DNA of 64,000 nt from Methanoculleus sp. UBA303. GTDB lineage: Archaea; Halobacteriota; Methanomicrobia; Methanomicrobiales; Methanoculleaceae. The translations under genes and the position numbers were made by a program. This document shows, in pieces, positions 27,201 through 35,810 of this stretch. Position 1 is the first letter of the stretch. Each line of letters starts with the position of its first letter. Under the pieces are notes generated by a model. It searched no databases, was not told the DNA's origin, and saw only the letters and a program-made list of their open reading frames with translations. The stretch lies in assembly GCF_002501655.1 (NCBI RefSeq), contig NZ_DANY01000024.1. The stretch is one strand, 5' to 3'.

Positions 27201-28735
27201 ATTGGTTGCTCCCTGTCACAGGACCAGCGTGTTCCATTTTCCATCTCTATCGGGACAATCGGACAACCTGCCAAACCGGCTTCTGAAATAGAGGTAGACG
27301 AGAGATACTGGTAACTCTCTAGTAGCCAATCTAGGCTGTGCTGCTCAACCCAACCCCTGTCCAGAAAGCACTGTCTGACAATACCAGACGTATAATGTCT
27401 GACGCCAATATGTTCCAGTTGTTTTTTGTACGCCTCAATACTCTCCAGGACAAGCCGGTTAGCTAATAGTGCATCTGGATACGCCTTTGCCGAAAGCAAA
27501 GAGCGAAAATTCTTTCCTGCGGTCAAGGTCTCGGATGGCTTACATCTCTTCCCATCAGGTTCGGTCAGGATGACTTCTCGATCTTTGAGCGTATCCTGAA
27601 TCGATTCTACAACCGGTTTAAAGAACGCCACGTGTGACTCAAGGGGAATAAAACGATATATTATCTCACCAAATTCGGTGATGTCCAGACATTTCTCAAA
27701 CGCTTCAACAAAAACTGCAGGAATGCAATCCCGAAGCCATTGGTTCCAGGGTTCATCCTCATGGATAGCCTCGCGGGAACTTGGCAGGAGGAAATCAGCG
27801 TTGAGTAGAAATGGCAGGCCTGTATCTTCACGTACAGGGAGGTAGGCAAAAACCTTGCCGGCACTTTTAGTCTCGCTGTTTAGCGGGAACGCAATCGAGA
27901 CAGATCTATTTTCAATCCCTTTCCTCTTTTCCGGGTTAATATCTGCTGGTTTGTCAAAAGATTGGGTGTGTAAAATGAATTCTTGAGTATAAGCAAAAGA
28001 CTCACCTTGATCTTTCCCTTCAACCAGAACTTGAACCAGTGGTGTATTGGTATCATCTTTCCGTATCGAGCGTTTGTAGCCAGATTCTGTTTCTATGACA
28101 ATTTCTTTCAGTTTCGAAAGGAAAAGAATAGTTACCGGATCGATTTCTTGGAGCATTTTCGCGATATGCTCGTAGGAAAAGTGCGGTTTGCTGAGCGGCA
28201 GGATGATCGTAGTTCCTGATCCGCTGAGGTTTCTAGGAGCTTCGTCGATCCACCGGGGTACGATATATCCCAGTCCGGTTATCTCATTGTGCTCCGGTAA
28301 GCAGAATCTGTAGCCATTGGAGAAAATATGAGGGTTTGTTGTCACACGGAAGACGGACTTAAAGCCAATTCCCTTCTCGCCGATATACCCCTGAACTTTG
28401 GTTTTGGTTGACTCACCTACCTTGCAGATAGCATCGACATTTTCAGGGGAAAAGCCAACCTCGTTGTTTTGAATGATCATCGCCCCGTCTGATCCGGGAG
28501 TGCCCATTGGATCAGATCTTACCAATCGAAAGGAAAGGGATGGTTTCAGTGCAGTATATGCGTTATCTTCCGCATTCTGGATTAACTCAAAGATGAAATG
28601 AGTATCCTTGTTATACAGGTCTCCTGCAAGGATCTTGATCGAGTTATAGAGGCTATCCCTGACGCGCGGCACACTGCTTGCTGCCTCGAACTCCCCACGT
28701 ATTTGTGCGATATGATTCCATGGATCTAAAACCAT
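24278..28735 (-). CDS. Sacsin/HSP90-like (GHKL) ATPase with long helical body and C-terminal HNH-like domain (Tiamat-like architecture)
   Basis: GHKL motifs FELIQNAEDN, NNEVGFS, IGEKGIGFKSVF. C-terminal CQICK...YYVEKVEF...NYLALCPNHSAMF. Start could be 28735, 28750 or 28837. Confidence 0.8.
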   Translation of the reverse strand: MVLDPWNHIAQIRGEFEAASSVPRVRDSLYNSIKILAGDLYNKDTHFIFELIQNAEDNAYTALKPSLSFRLVRSDPMGTPGSDGAMIIQNNEVGFSPENVDAICKVGESTKTKVQGYIGEKGIGFKSVFRVTTNPHIFSNGYRFCLPEHNEITGLGYIVPRWIDEAPRNLSGSGTTIILPLSKPHFSYEHIAKMLQEIDPVTILFLSKLKEIVIETESGYKRSIRKDDTNTPLVQVLVEGKDQGESFAYTQEFILHTQSFDKPADINPEKRKGIENRSVSIAFPLNSETKSAGKVFAYLPVREDTGLPFLLNADFLLPSSREAIHEDEPWNQWLRDCIPAVFVEAFEKCLDITEFGEIIYRFIPLESHVAFFKPVVESIQDTLKDREVILTEPDGKRCKPSETLTAGKNFRSLLSAKAYPDALLANRLVLESIEAYKKQLEHIGVRHYTSGIVRQCFLDRGWVEQHSLDWLLESYQYLSSTSISEAGLAGCPIVPIEMENGTRWSCDREQPIYFECDEDCEKALRDVPECTCVTLAFLHKDFYSKIKNDKQICDWMTKILRIKPFSKANCAVDILDSLKIGYKYLSEDELVSVTIFLSQFAEVEEIDFKDIPVLLSDNRKMLLSEAKALPGIQVLVTPEALDPETGWQNVFATTEDRQHLVSLSNRYICSDDVTGLPDGIEKLWDKVGVTRYPPARKNEDLESSPLTVYERECVRDNNSTSGRKISNWRPFELLNRFHTLDEAGKVKFSQGLINWLNHQNETMPWLKATVTYFYYSRRKSNYDSELLVSLKNTPWLPTAKGYTRPDEAFLHFENIREIFSDSVPYFRGTLPKSVIKLLGIRDQVNAGELVAILEEQSQKGSGSPEFAERVYRYLASLDLDSDIIKRFKVGNLFFIPAEATAPRWASINEVIWSDRSEMLGDEFFYLEKHYPKLKGFFVDALSVKKDVDTECFARRWLSLQGELDGEKQRIEKILTNIYREVRPVCAMAEEKRPAWWDGFKHEAKILTQNSTFESPESVFIPGDGELKEIFQSSGVHLIWHPPKGSSADWGVFFQAFGLRYLSDAVTYSVVGNSGRRNKEEPDFLTDSAKILVATWIFEKFPDDYKRLLERKTLKSFLKTTECLTDELNVVYRLGEIAIEKPCDAYLDIDSGRLLISNSSGGHVKNSVAWAIARCLMPNHAYIELSNRVEVVLGENDWEWRIKKENLKVPDEVREWIDSLGEDGNTLSLEPELSREPGLFPEDIAPVSPSPLKGVPTTAPSSEGGAQTHHAASDGVIVGEFGQSSDAVDFKGTTRPVYSPGLAVDQPLAEQRSPWTNELPEHESRNPDFRAARVAQQATMAQDRITETRERSVSIGREEVKLEAEQYLRDHYTDRDGVMICQICKKPLPFQLDDGTYYVEKVEFLTDLKKRHRENYLALCPNHSAMFQYANASRDLMRALFERMEGNALEIVLAKGRVTVYFTTDHIADLKTVIGSEKTSNRCTLF

Positions 28736-28849
28736 TCTCTCAACTCCCATTGTCCGCCAGATTATGAGTTCAACACGTTCGTTCCCAGAAACTGTTTTCC
28801 AACTCGAAGCTCCCGGTTGCGGTGCGGACGTTCTCACCCATGCAGCACA

Positions 28850-31800
28850 TCACCTTACCAGAACAGTCCCGAACATCACCGGAGTTGCGTGAATATCACC
28901 ACTGCTTGCAGTTTGTTGGAGACCTTTCATACGCCGGTTGAAATCAGCGTTAGCCCTCGCCAGCTCACTCCGTTTCATCAATAGGATCTTCTCGTTTGCG
29001 TTTCCCCGAATCTGATCCTCAATAGCCTTACATCGTGCCTGGTGGCTCACCATCAGGCTCTGGATGCGGTATTCAACCTGCTGACGGTTTTCAGCAATGT
29101 GATTCGACCGTGCGGCAGTCCACCGGGTGTAATGTCGGCCGTCCAGATCTTCAAATTCAGACGGATCAGGTAGTATAGCATTTTCGATGTCCGTTGCAGA
29201 CTCCAAAATTGACAGCAGTACCTCTTCAATGGCTGGTTCAGAGGCGACCGGGACAAGTAACTCATCCGGGTTCACACCCTGCTTCTTCCAGCGATATAGT
29301 CCGAAAAGATAGTTCCCGGGTGGCACCTCTGCATTCTGCACGGAGAGAGCAGTGTAAACTACCTGATTAGGTTGTAGAAAATGGGCAGCCTGCCTCACCA
29401 GGGGATGCACTACTGATAGATACACAACCTTTGTCTGTTCTGCCGCTGCCTCCTGATCAAAGGTGACGGACAAGGTAGGCTGATCGCCCTTGAGCCACCC
29501 CTCCCATTCTCGAGCGACTGGTTCGGATGAGCGGGGTAGACGTTTGAAATCTTCGAGCAGTCGGCCTCTGGCTTCCATGTTGAGTCTTAAAGTCTTGATA
29601 GCCCTCTCTCCGAGCAGGTGTTCCGTTTCTGTGCCGAGGATGTCTGCAATATAGCAGGATACACACCGCTGAATCGCTTCCGGAGATAACCAGTAACTGT
29701 CAGCCTCCTCGATCTCCTGAAGCCAGGTATGGTTCGGTATATTCAGTCCAACCAGTTCGGCCTGCCTCGTTTCAAGTTCCTGTTCCTCCTCAATCCGGCG
29801 AATACTGTTATCTGCAAGCTGACGAAGTCTACTTTCGCGTTCCTCTAGAGTTAGGGTAAATCTCTCGGCAATTTCATGAATCTCCTGGGTTATCTCTCCA
29901 AGAATCTCTTCATTCCCGCCAACAGAATGCTGGAAAACACCGATGCGCCATAGGCAGCGCTCATAGATATCGGCATCAATAGTACCGGGTGTAACGAAGT
30001 TAACGATGGCAACAGTCTCGCTTTTCTGCCCGTAGCGATCGATGCGACCAATACGCTGTTCGATTCGCATGGGATTCCAGGGCAGGTCATAATTGATAAG
30101 GAAATCACAGAATTGGAAGTCGAGACCTTCACAGCCCACCTCAGAAGACAGGAGAAGATCGATGGCCAGGGGGTCTTCCTTGGGTAAAGCAAACCGACGG
30201 CGCAGATCGGCGCGTTCCTCATCTCGCACACTCCCATGAATAAGTCCGTAGCGCAGTTCCGTGCGTTCCACGTACTCGGCCAGGTAGGCCAATGTGTGGC
30301 GGAATGTGCTAAAAACGAGAATTTTGTTGTTGGATAACTTACTCTTCTCCGTAATAATTCTGACAAATGCTTCGACCTTTGGATCGGAAGGGTCTAAGTT
30401 ATGAGATTTCTCCAGCAGAGCCTTGATGTCTGTCCGCAACTGATCGATGGAGCTGAAATCGGGCTCATCGTCGCTGTCACTCACCTCCATAAACTCAAGG
30501 CCGTTGAGGTGCCCGCTCAGCATGTCTTCGAGGAGTGGAGCCAATCCATAAAGGCAACTCGCTGCTTGCCGGCGAACTGTTGTCATCATAAATTTTACAT
30601 TCTGCTGATCATGACTGAACGCCAGAGCCGTTTCGATTATGTCGAGGAAACTGTCGTGAAATTCCTTTTGTGCAGCAGTAAATTCGACCGTCACGGTTTC
30701 GGGCTTACGCGTGGTGAACTCTCCGATATCGCGCCGACGTGTTCGATTAATCAATGAACTAAATGTGTATAATTCTTCAATTGACCGGGTCAACTGGATT
30801 CTATCGATATCTGTGAGCGAATTTTCCCGCAGGCGATCATAAATGCCCTGAAATACCGCTGATTCTCGCAGGAACTGTCGACCCCATGGGGTCTGGGCCA
30901 CCGCTTTAAGACTGATAAGGGCGTTATCCTGCCAACCGTCCGATCCTCTGCGGCAATGTTGCACCGCTTCTGTAATATAACGGTTCGGCTCCGCCATGCG
31001 GTCATAACTGACGGAGTCAATTATCAGATCAGGCCTCAGTACATTGAGCAGGGTATAAAGATCGCGGCTATTCAATTGAACCGGTGTTGCGGTGAGGAAA
31101 ACAACAGCTTCGGCATGGTCACAGAAATAGCGTATTCCCTCATGCAGGTAAGTATCCGGGTTTCGAATATGGTGAGCCTCGTCAACAATAACCAGATCAA
31201 ACTTCGGTGGCGGATCCAACGATAGCAAACTCTGATGCTTTCGCCGGCCAGGCTCCTGTGGGCCGGACAAAAGTTTTTGATCGAAAAGTGAAAATGGCAG
31301 AATGGCCTTAGCGTACTGTTCAGGCCATTCTCCCTCGAGGTGAGTTTCATGAAGACAGTGTCTGAGCAGTTTGCCATCTAACGCGGTGAAGCGTTCGTCA
31401 AAGCGCTTCATCTCCACATACCACTTCCGTTCAGCGACCAGAGCACGGGGACAGATGATCAGAACTGATGACAGGTCCATTCTTGCTTGCAGTTCCTTCA
31501 TTATGAGTCCCGCTTCGATGGTCTTGCCGACACCCACTTCATCGGCGATCAATAGGCGTGGACGATCGGATCGGATCATCTTCAAAACCGGCCGATATTG
31601 GTAAGGGACAAACTGGACTCGACCTGAACGTAAGGAAAGGAGATGCGTGGTTGAGGGTGACAGAAGTTGAATACTTGTCAGATAAGCCTGCACTTCGTTG
31701 GATGTGAGCACCCTGCGTTCATCTGTAACCTCAGAGACCGCTTGTAACTGGCTTTCGTAGTAGGTGGCTGGGCTAGAATCTTGAAAAACACGATAACGAC

Positions 31801-32437
31801 ACTCACCAAACCCCGGGAGCACTTCAATCACCGGCATCACTTTTTCCGGGTTTGAACGCAGGGTAACAAGATCGCCCTTTTGGAACAGCGAAGCAGGGGA
31901 GGGAGGATTACTCACATTAGTAGCGTGAGTTTCGGAATGTTCACTTGGGCAGGACAACGCATGGGATGGCAGGCAATGTGCCTGGATAATGCCATCATTG
32001 GCTCTTGCCATCGAAGTAACCGCTGCCGCTTTCACTCCTTCTACAGCTTCCAGGGAAACATCCAAAGCCTCAACCATCATCAGAAGGCGACCAAGAGTAT
32101 CTGCATCCCGATATCTTTCGCTGTCTGGCATCGCATCTGAAGACAGATGAGCCCATCTATTACGCACAGTCTGAAGTTCCTTTACCCAGGTTCGACCTTC
32201 ACGGGGCAAGGAAAACATCCTGGAAAGTTCGTACCAGTTCTGATCCAGCACCCTCAGCAGTGCAGCAAAATCAAGCTGTCGGAGCGACGTATAACCCTGC
32301 TCCTGTATGAATCTCTGCTGCTGAAAACTTAGGCATTCCATAACATTCTGCTGCCACCAGTCTGGAGATAGATCCGGCAATCTCGAGTTGAGAAACCGGG
32401 ATAACTCCACTGTTGCTATTTGGATGAGGTTGTTCAA
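28850..32437 (-). CDS. Swt1-like HEPN domain fused to SNF2/RapA-like helicase
   Basis: HEPN RxxxxH motif RNRWAH. SNF2 motifs LIADEVGVGKT, IVDEAHH, LTATP, SEVGCEGLDFQ, YDLPWNPMRIEQRIGRIDR. Likely TTG start at 32437 after an AGGGGAGG RBS. Confidence 0.88.
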   Translation of the reverse strand: MNNLIQIATVELSRFLNSRLPDLSPDWWQQNVMECLSFQQQRFIQEQGYTSLRQLDFAALLRVLDQNWYELSRMFSLPREGRTWVKELQTVRNRWAHLSSDAMPDSERYRDADTLGRLLMMVEALDVSLEAVEGVKAAAVTSMARANDGIIQAHCLPSHALSCPSEHSETHATNVSNPPSPASLFQKGDLVTLRSNPEKVMPVIEVLPGFGECRYRVFQDSSPATYYESQLQAVSEVTDERRVLTSNEVQAYLTSIQLLSPSTTHLLSLRSGRVQFVPYQYRPVLKMIRSDRPRLLIADEVGVGKTIEAGLIMKELQARMDLSSVLIICPRALVAERKWYVEMKRFDERFTALDGKLLRHCLHETHLEGEWPEQYAKAILPFSLFDQKLLSGPQEPGRRKHQSLLSLDPPPKFDLVIVDEAHHIRNPDTYLHEGIRYFCDHAEAVVFLTATPVQLNSRDLYTLLNVLRPDLIIDSVSYDRMAEPNRYITEAVQHCRRGSDGWQDNALISLKAVAQTPWGRQFLRESAVFQGIYDRLRENSLTDIDRIQLTRSIEELYTFSSLINRTRRRDIGEFTTRKPETVTVEFTAAQKEFHDSFLDIIETALAFSHDQQNVKFMMTTVRRQAASCLYGLAPLLEDMLSGHLNGLEFMEVSDSDDEPDFSSIDQLRTDIKALLEKSHNLDPSDPKVEAFVRIITEKSKLSNNKILVFSTFRHTLAYLAEYVERTELRYGLIHGSVRDEERADLRRRFALPKEDPLAIDLLLSSEVGCEGLDFQFCDFLINYDLPWNPMRIEQRIGRIDRYGQKSETVAIVNFVTPGTIDADIYERCLWRIGVFQHSVGGNEEILGEITQEIHEIAERFTLTLEERESRLRQLADNSIRRIEEEQELETRQAELVGLNIPNHTWLQEIEEADSYWLSPEAIQRCVSCYIADILGTETEHLLGERAIKTLRLNMEARGRLLEDFKRLPRSSEPVAREWEGWLKGDQPTLSVTFDQEAAAEQTKVVYLSVVHPLVRQAAHFLQPNQVVYTALSVQNAEVPPGNYLFGLYRWKKQGVNPDELLVPVASEPAIEEVLLSILESATDIENAILPDPSEFEDLDGRHYTRWTAARSNHIAENRQQVEYRIQSLMVSHQARCKAIEDQIRGNANEKILLMKRSELARANADFNRRMKGLQQTASSGDIHATPVMFGTVLVR

Positions 32438-33515
32438 AGTTTCCTCCCCTCTTAACCGATTATAGAGCATTTTCGCCTTTGATACAACTACCAATTGTGC
32501 AAAATACGAGATCTATCACCGGTAATCAACAAAGACCATGATCTACGCTAGACGCTTCCCTAGTATTTCCTCTGACCAATCCTCAAACCACTTTTCCATC
32601 CATGCTCTGGATCATCTGATTTTTGCCTAAGTTTATCAACCGTGTTGAGGATTGAAATGATCAAGCCGCTATATATCTCTAGTATTGATTGAAACTATCT
32701 AAATATTCCGGAAAGTAAAAAATCTCTTCTTAAAATTAAGATTCGATGTCAATCAGCTCGTTAGTGAAACCATCTGGATCTCTACGAGGGTCAGGAGGTG
32801 AAACATCGGAACTATCTCTCCAAAAGCACCACATACGACACCTGCTCGTGCCAGCTCAAGTGCCACGACCGTCCAGCGAGATCTACTACGTCACGTTCTT
32901 CCGCGATGCGGTCTGGATCACAAGCTACCAGGACAATGCTATCCGCCAACGGTCGAGACCAGGGCAGATGGCATCCCGGAGCTCAGGTGAGAGGGAGCGC
33001 CCTCTCTCCGCACTGGAAAATGGCTATTTTTGGTTATTGCCCAGTTTTGAGGCCAGTTTCAGAGGGTGGATCTCGGCGGAATTATAACCCGGAGCATAGC
33101 GCCCGGGTTCCTGAAATACAGAGGAAACATCGAGATATAATAGCCGTATGGGGGACAGTAATTTTGAGGAGGTGGAATCTACGCCTCGCCTCGAGATCGG
33201 CCATCTTTGAGCGCCTATAGGCGTCTGTGAGGGTGGTTCTTCCGGTGGATGCGGCTGGGAGTGCAGGTATATATGGATTGCTTAACCGGAACAGCCGCGA
33301 GCATGCCCGGCCCTGAGCCGGTGATGCGAGCGGCGGGCTGGAGCAGCCGTCACGCTGCGAGGCCGTGCCGAGCGAGTGGGGGCGTCCGAGATCCCGTACG
33401 CCGGGAAGAACCAGGGCGATGTTCTGCAGCGACCACTGGGAGCAAAGAAGCTCGCCCGGCTGCTCCCGCCCTCGAAAACGGAGAGGCCTCCTCCCCGCCC
33501 CGGTATTGGAGCACT

Positions 33516-34067
33516 CTAGAGATAGTCGCTGAGACACGTGCCCTCCGGCGCCCTCGGCTGCTGCATCCGATGCAGTGCACGCCGGGCAACGCACCGCACG
33601 CCCTCATCCGGTTCGGTCTCCAGAAGCGCTGTGATTGCCTCTTCGATAACCGGATGGCGTTCCGTGATGCACCACCCGCCGAGCCGGGAGACTGCGGCAG
33701 ACCGCACAGCGGGGTCGGGATCCTGCAGCGCCTGCAGGATGCATGTCAGTGCCGCGGGCTGCCGAGTAAATTTGAGCCCGTAGAGCACTCTGATGCGATC
33801 GTCCGGATCGCCGCTCTGCAGCAGGCCGACGAGCGGCGCTACCGCCTGCTCACTGCGGGACGAGCCCAGGGTCATCGCCAGCTGCACCCGCACGCGGGCG
33901 CTGCTCTCGGTGGCCAGGGCGTCGGTGAGCGCCGCGATCACCTCCGGCCGGTTTTGGATCTTGCCGAACCGTGCTTTCGCCTCGGCATACCGCACCTCCG
34001 GATCGGGGTCGTGGAGGTTTTCGAGGGAGAACCGGTGGCGGCTCAGAATACTGCTGCTCGGGTACAT
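33516..34067 (-). CDS. HEAT/PBS-lyase repeat protein
   Basis: Repeats of the type DPDPEVR, ESSARVRVQLAMTLG, DPDPAVRSAAVSRLG; start MYPSSS at 34067. Confidence 0.8.
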   Translation of the reverse strand: MYPSSSILSRHRFSLENLHDPDPEVRYAEAKARFGKIQNRPEVIAALTDALATESSARVRVQLAMTLGSSRSEQAVAPLVGLLQSGDPDDRIRVLYGLKFTRQPAALTCILQALQDPDPAVRSAAVSRLGGWCITERHPVIEEAITALLETEPDEGVRCVARRALHRMQQPRAPEGTCLSDYL

Positions 34068-34192
34068 CGACGCACGTCCTTGCACGGCCACGATCGATCG
34101 CCTGATCCGGCGGTGCGTTCGGGCTCGGCCGCCGGAGATCAATCGGATGGGTGCCTAGACTCTTCTCAGCCCGGGGGTATATCAATACTGCC

Positions 34193-34393
34193 TCATTGAC
34201 CTGAAGAAACCCTTGCTGATGGCAGGCTCCCGGGGGGAGGCTGGGTGCTTGTACTCAGGTGAAGATTTCGCACGATCCATTCAACCTGATCACGCATCTT
34301 CGCATACGATTCAGCATATGGCAGACCCGTTGTGGATCTCTTCCCGGCGGTAGGATCCGGTTTCGGATTCAGGTTTTCTGCCGGAGTATTCAC
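34193..34393 (-). CDS. Possible small protein, 66 aa
   Basis: GTG start preceded by GGTGA-like motifs inside the repeat block; protein-like core YAESYAKMRDQVEWIVRNL. Confidence 0.3.
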   Translation of the reverse strand: MNTPAENLNPKPDPTAGKRSTTGLPYAESYAKMRDQVEWIVRNLHLSTSTQPPPGSLPSARVSSGQ

Positions 34394-34591
34394 TGTACCT
34401 ATTCACCTGTACCTATTCAAGTGAGTATTCACCCTGTTATGTGCCTGCCGAACACCTTAAAATATTCAGCATATGGCATACCTTTTTTCGGATCTTTTGG
34501 GGGGGTATGATTCAGGGTTCCATTCAGGTTTTTCAGCATGTATATTCAGGGTTCCATTCAGATTTTTCAGCATGTATATTCAGATTTTTCA
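34387..34591. repeat. Short tandem/phased repeats (TATTCA x4; 34-bp unit x2 plus partial)
   Basis: TATTCA at 34387, 34400, 34414, 34426. ATTCAGGGTTCCATTCAG(G/A)TTTTTCAGCATGTAT at 34510-34543 and 34544-34577, partial copy at 34578-34591. Confidence 0.9.
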
Positions 34592-34846
34592 CGCTGGCAG
34601 GCACAGAGGGCGATGCCGACATGACCCGGGTGCGCATACCGGTTCTCACTCCGGCACACGGAATGTCCGTCGTTCGAGCATTGCAGCCGCCAGCGGGGAC
34701 ATCTGCAGGCCGAGACGCTCTTTTGGCGGGCTAAAAGGGTAACGTCGTCTCTCCGGGATACACCACTCCGGATCAGGTACACCCTGCCGTAGCCTGAACA
34801 AGAGAGTCCTTCTCCGGGCCGCTTTCGCGTCTGGTGCGGCACTGCT

Positions 34847-35014
34847 GGTAACGTTATCCGGGTTGCATCAGCTGCTCACTCGTGCTGTGCGCACGGCAGC
34901 GGTAACGTTACCGATAACGTTACCGATAACGTTACCCTTCGATTAATACCTATTAATCGAAACATTCCCGATAACGTTACCTTTAGATTAATACCCACTA
35001 ATCAAAACATTCCC
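34847..35014. repeat. TAACGTTA palindrome array with 45-bp tandem duplication
   Basis: TAACGTTA at 34849, 34903, 34915, 34927, 34972. 45-bp units at 34925-34969 and 34970-35014 (40/45 identical). Perfect 11-bp inverted repeat at 34938-34961. Confidence 0.92.
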
Positions 35015-35211
35015 GGCCTGGAGCCGACCGAGAACCGACGGCCGGCGTCGTGACGGCATTTGCGAGGCTGTGGGGAACTGGGGCGATCTCAGGGAGATCG
35101 CGGATATGAATGCCTGCACCGGAGCAGACGATCGCCCCGTCACCGGGACGTTGGCTTCAGCTCGCCCCCTCTCGATCCCCCCTGCGGAGGCGGGCTCCTC
35201 TCTCGCCGGGA

Positions 35212-35520
35212 TCACGGCAGGGGAGCCGCCGGCCCATACTGGGCGATGGCGGTCTCCCGGACTCGCCAGAACGAGGAACGCTTGCCTCGCTTCTGCTCCA
35301 GCCAGCCGTCGGAATAGAGCTTCCGGAAGGTGCCGACCGTAAACCCGGGGATCGCCCTCGCCTCCCTGAAGGTGAAGGGGAGGGTGCCGAATCGGGCGAT
35401 CAGGTCGCGGAGGAACTCCACCTTGTAGGCACCCCCGCCCCGGAAGGCAGTCCGCATCAGCAGCCACCCCCGGGAGCGATCTTCGCGAGGTTGGCCGGAT
35501 CGATCTCCACCAACCGCCAT
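35212..35520 (-). CDS. Small winged-helix-like DNA-binding protein
   Basis: Basic 102-aa ORF; FTFREARAIPGFTVGTFRKLYSDGWLEQ...FWRVR looks like a wHTH; divergent from 35811. Confidence 0.5.
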   Translation of the reverse strand: MAVGGDRSGQPREDRSRGWLLMRTAFRGGGAYKVEFLRDLIARFGTLPFTFREARAIPGFTVGTFRKLYSDGWLEQKRGKRSSFWRVRETAIAQYGPAAPLP

Positions 35521-35810
35521 TTACCGGTTCTGATAAGCGTTTCAGCGACTTTTCTGTGCAGATCTGGCAGATGTTCCAGCTGCTCTCGAGTGATGATCTG
35601 GATACTCATACTCATCCATGAAACGTCACATTTTCCTCAGATAAATTCGATTTTGGACGATTCTTAGGCAGTTTTATCCAGAACGGGGCAGGATCCTGGA
35701 CGAACGAATCCAGAGTCTTTATCAATCCGGACGATCAGATCCCTCTCCTGACACGGGAGCCCCTCCACCGTCCAGGTGGGGGTGCCCTCCCGGACGGCAG
35801 GAGAAGATCG

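Noticed and set aside
32495-32745. Protein-like minus-strand fragment (AWMEKWFEDWSEEILGKRLA) upstream of HEPN-SNF2
   Set aside because: Too short and interrupted; the region otherwise looks like an AT-rich promoter.
34387-35014. Possible CRISPR array
   Set aside because: Repeats are directly tandem or phased with no unique spacers of constant length, and no cas genes are present.
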